From Lama glama (taxonomy: Eukaryota), in assembly GCA_028534125.1 (NCBI GenBank), contig CM052817.1, positions 83,950,001-84,014,000 of the forward strand: 64,000 nucleotides of DNA, read 5' to 3'. Below, piece after piece: positions 63,241 to 64,000 of the stretch. The notes under the pieces were generated by a model that worked only from the letters and a program-made list of their open reading frames with translations, was not told where the DNA came from and did not search any database. The translations under genes were made by a program, and so were the position numbers. Positions within the stretch are counted from its first letter, which is position 1; every line of letters starts with the position of its first letter.

Positions 63241-64000
63241 TATGAAATGTAAGGACTTGATAAGCGAGGACACCTAGAACTGCGGCATTCTCTCCTGCAC
63301 CGTGAGGATCACTGTGAGCTGTGGTCAAGAGAGACCCGAAGGGAACATGGTACTGTTCTGGTGTCTGGTGGGCTTATAGATTTGTGAACATTAAGCACAG
63401 AATCCTAGGCAAAGATTTCCATAGACTGGCAAGGGGCTGTATTCTGTGGCTTAATGTGTAATGTGAAGGGTGGGCAGACTAAAGGTCATAGGAAGACTGT
63501 CCACGATCACACAAGTGGCAACTATCATGTAACTAGAAAGGCTGGGGAATGGTGGTGGTTGAGGTCCTTCACTATTCAAATCCATGAGGAGGAGGGGAGG
63601 TTCTCTCATCAGTGATATCTCATGTGTTCCCACAGGCTGATGAAGTTGAGATTGTATGGTTTTTATTACTCTTAATTTTTAACAATATGAAGGTTCTCTC
63701 CTTCTGGCTGGTTTAATCTCTCTGTGTAGTCTGAAGTTGCCACGTGGCCTCAAAGTGGTTGCTTTTATTTCAATAACTGTCTTAAAATTTCTTATGACTT
63801 TACAGTCGTACTCTTCAGTTTGAGAAACAACAAATAGTTGTTTCAGATCCAATAAAGCAGTTTGTTTCTTTTCCTGAACTAGAGATTATCATAGCTGTGT
63901 TCAGGGAGACCAAGGATGTACCTGATCAGACAGATATCAAACATCTACTTAGGCTTAATACTCTGCCAAATATTGGGTAGGATATGAAGGAATTGGAAGC

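Noticed and set aside
1..64000. CRISPR array, operon or other novel multi-gene system
   Set aside because: Mammalian intergenic DNA with no regularly spaced repeat-spacer array and no further credible coding genes.

Overview
Mammalian genomic DNA, most likely camelid (inferred from a tRNA-Ala-derived vic-1-like SINE and cetartiodactyl-type L1/MER41-like elements). The only protein-coding sequence I can support is coding exon 1 of PGRMC2 on the minus strand (939-1356, with a 24-codon in-frame upstream extension from 1428), inside a CpG-island promoter. Bases 1-938 are its intron 1. The other ~62 kb is gene-poor upstream DNA made mostly of transposon relics (L1, L2, MIR, MaLR/ERV LTRs, hAT and Tigger DNA elements), microsatellites and one 500-N assembly gap abutting the 5' part of a young L1. 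I see no convincing previously undescribed biological system. The most noteworthy items are a full-length U6 snRNA/L1 chimeric retrocopy, a ~100-bp locally templated insertion that splits a MIR and duplicates an AP-1 motif, a G-quadruplex-like tract between the two PGRMC2 start codons, a MER41-like solo LTR, and several TSD-flanked retro-insertions including a poly(A)-only one. Repeat family names are from recognition by eye, not a database search, and boundaries of old repeats are approximate.
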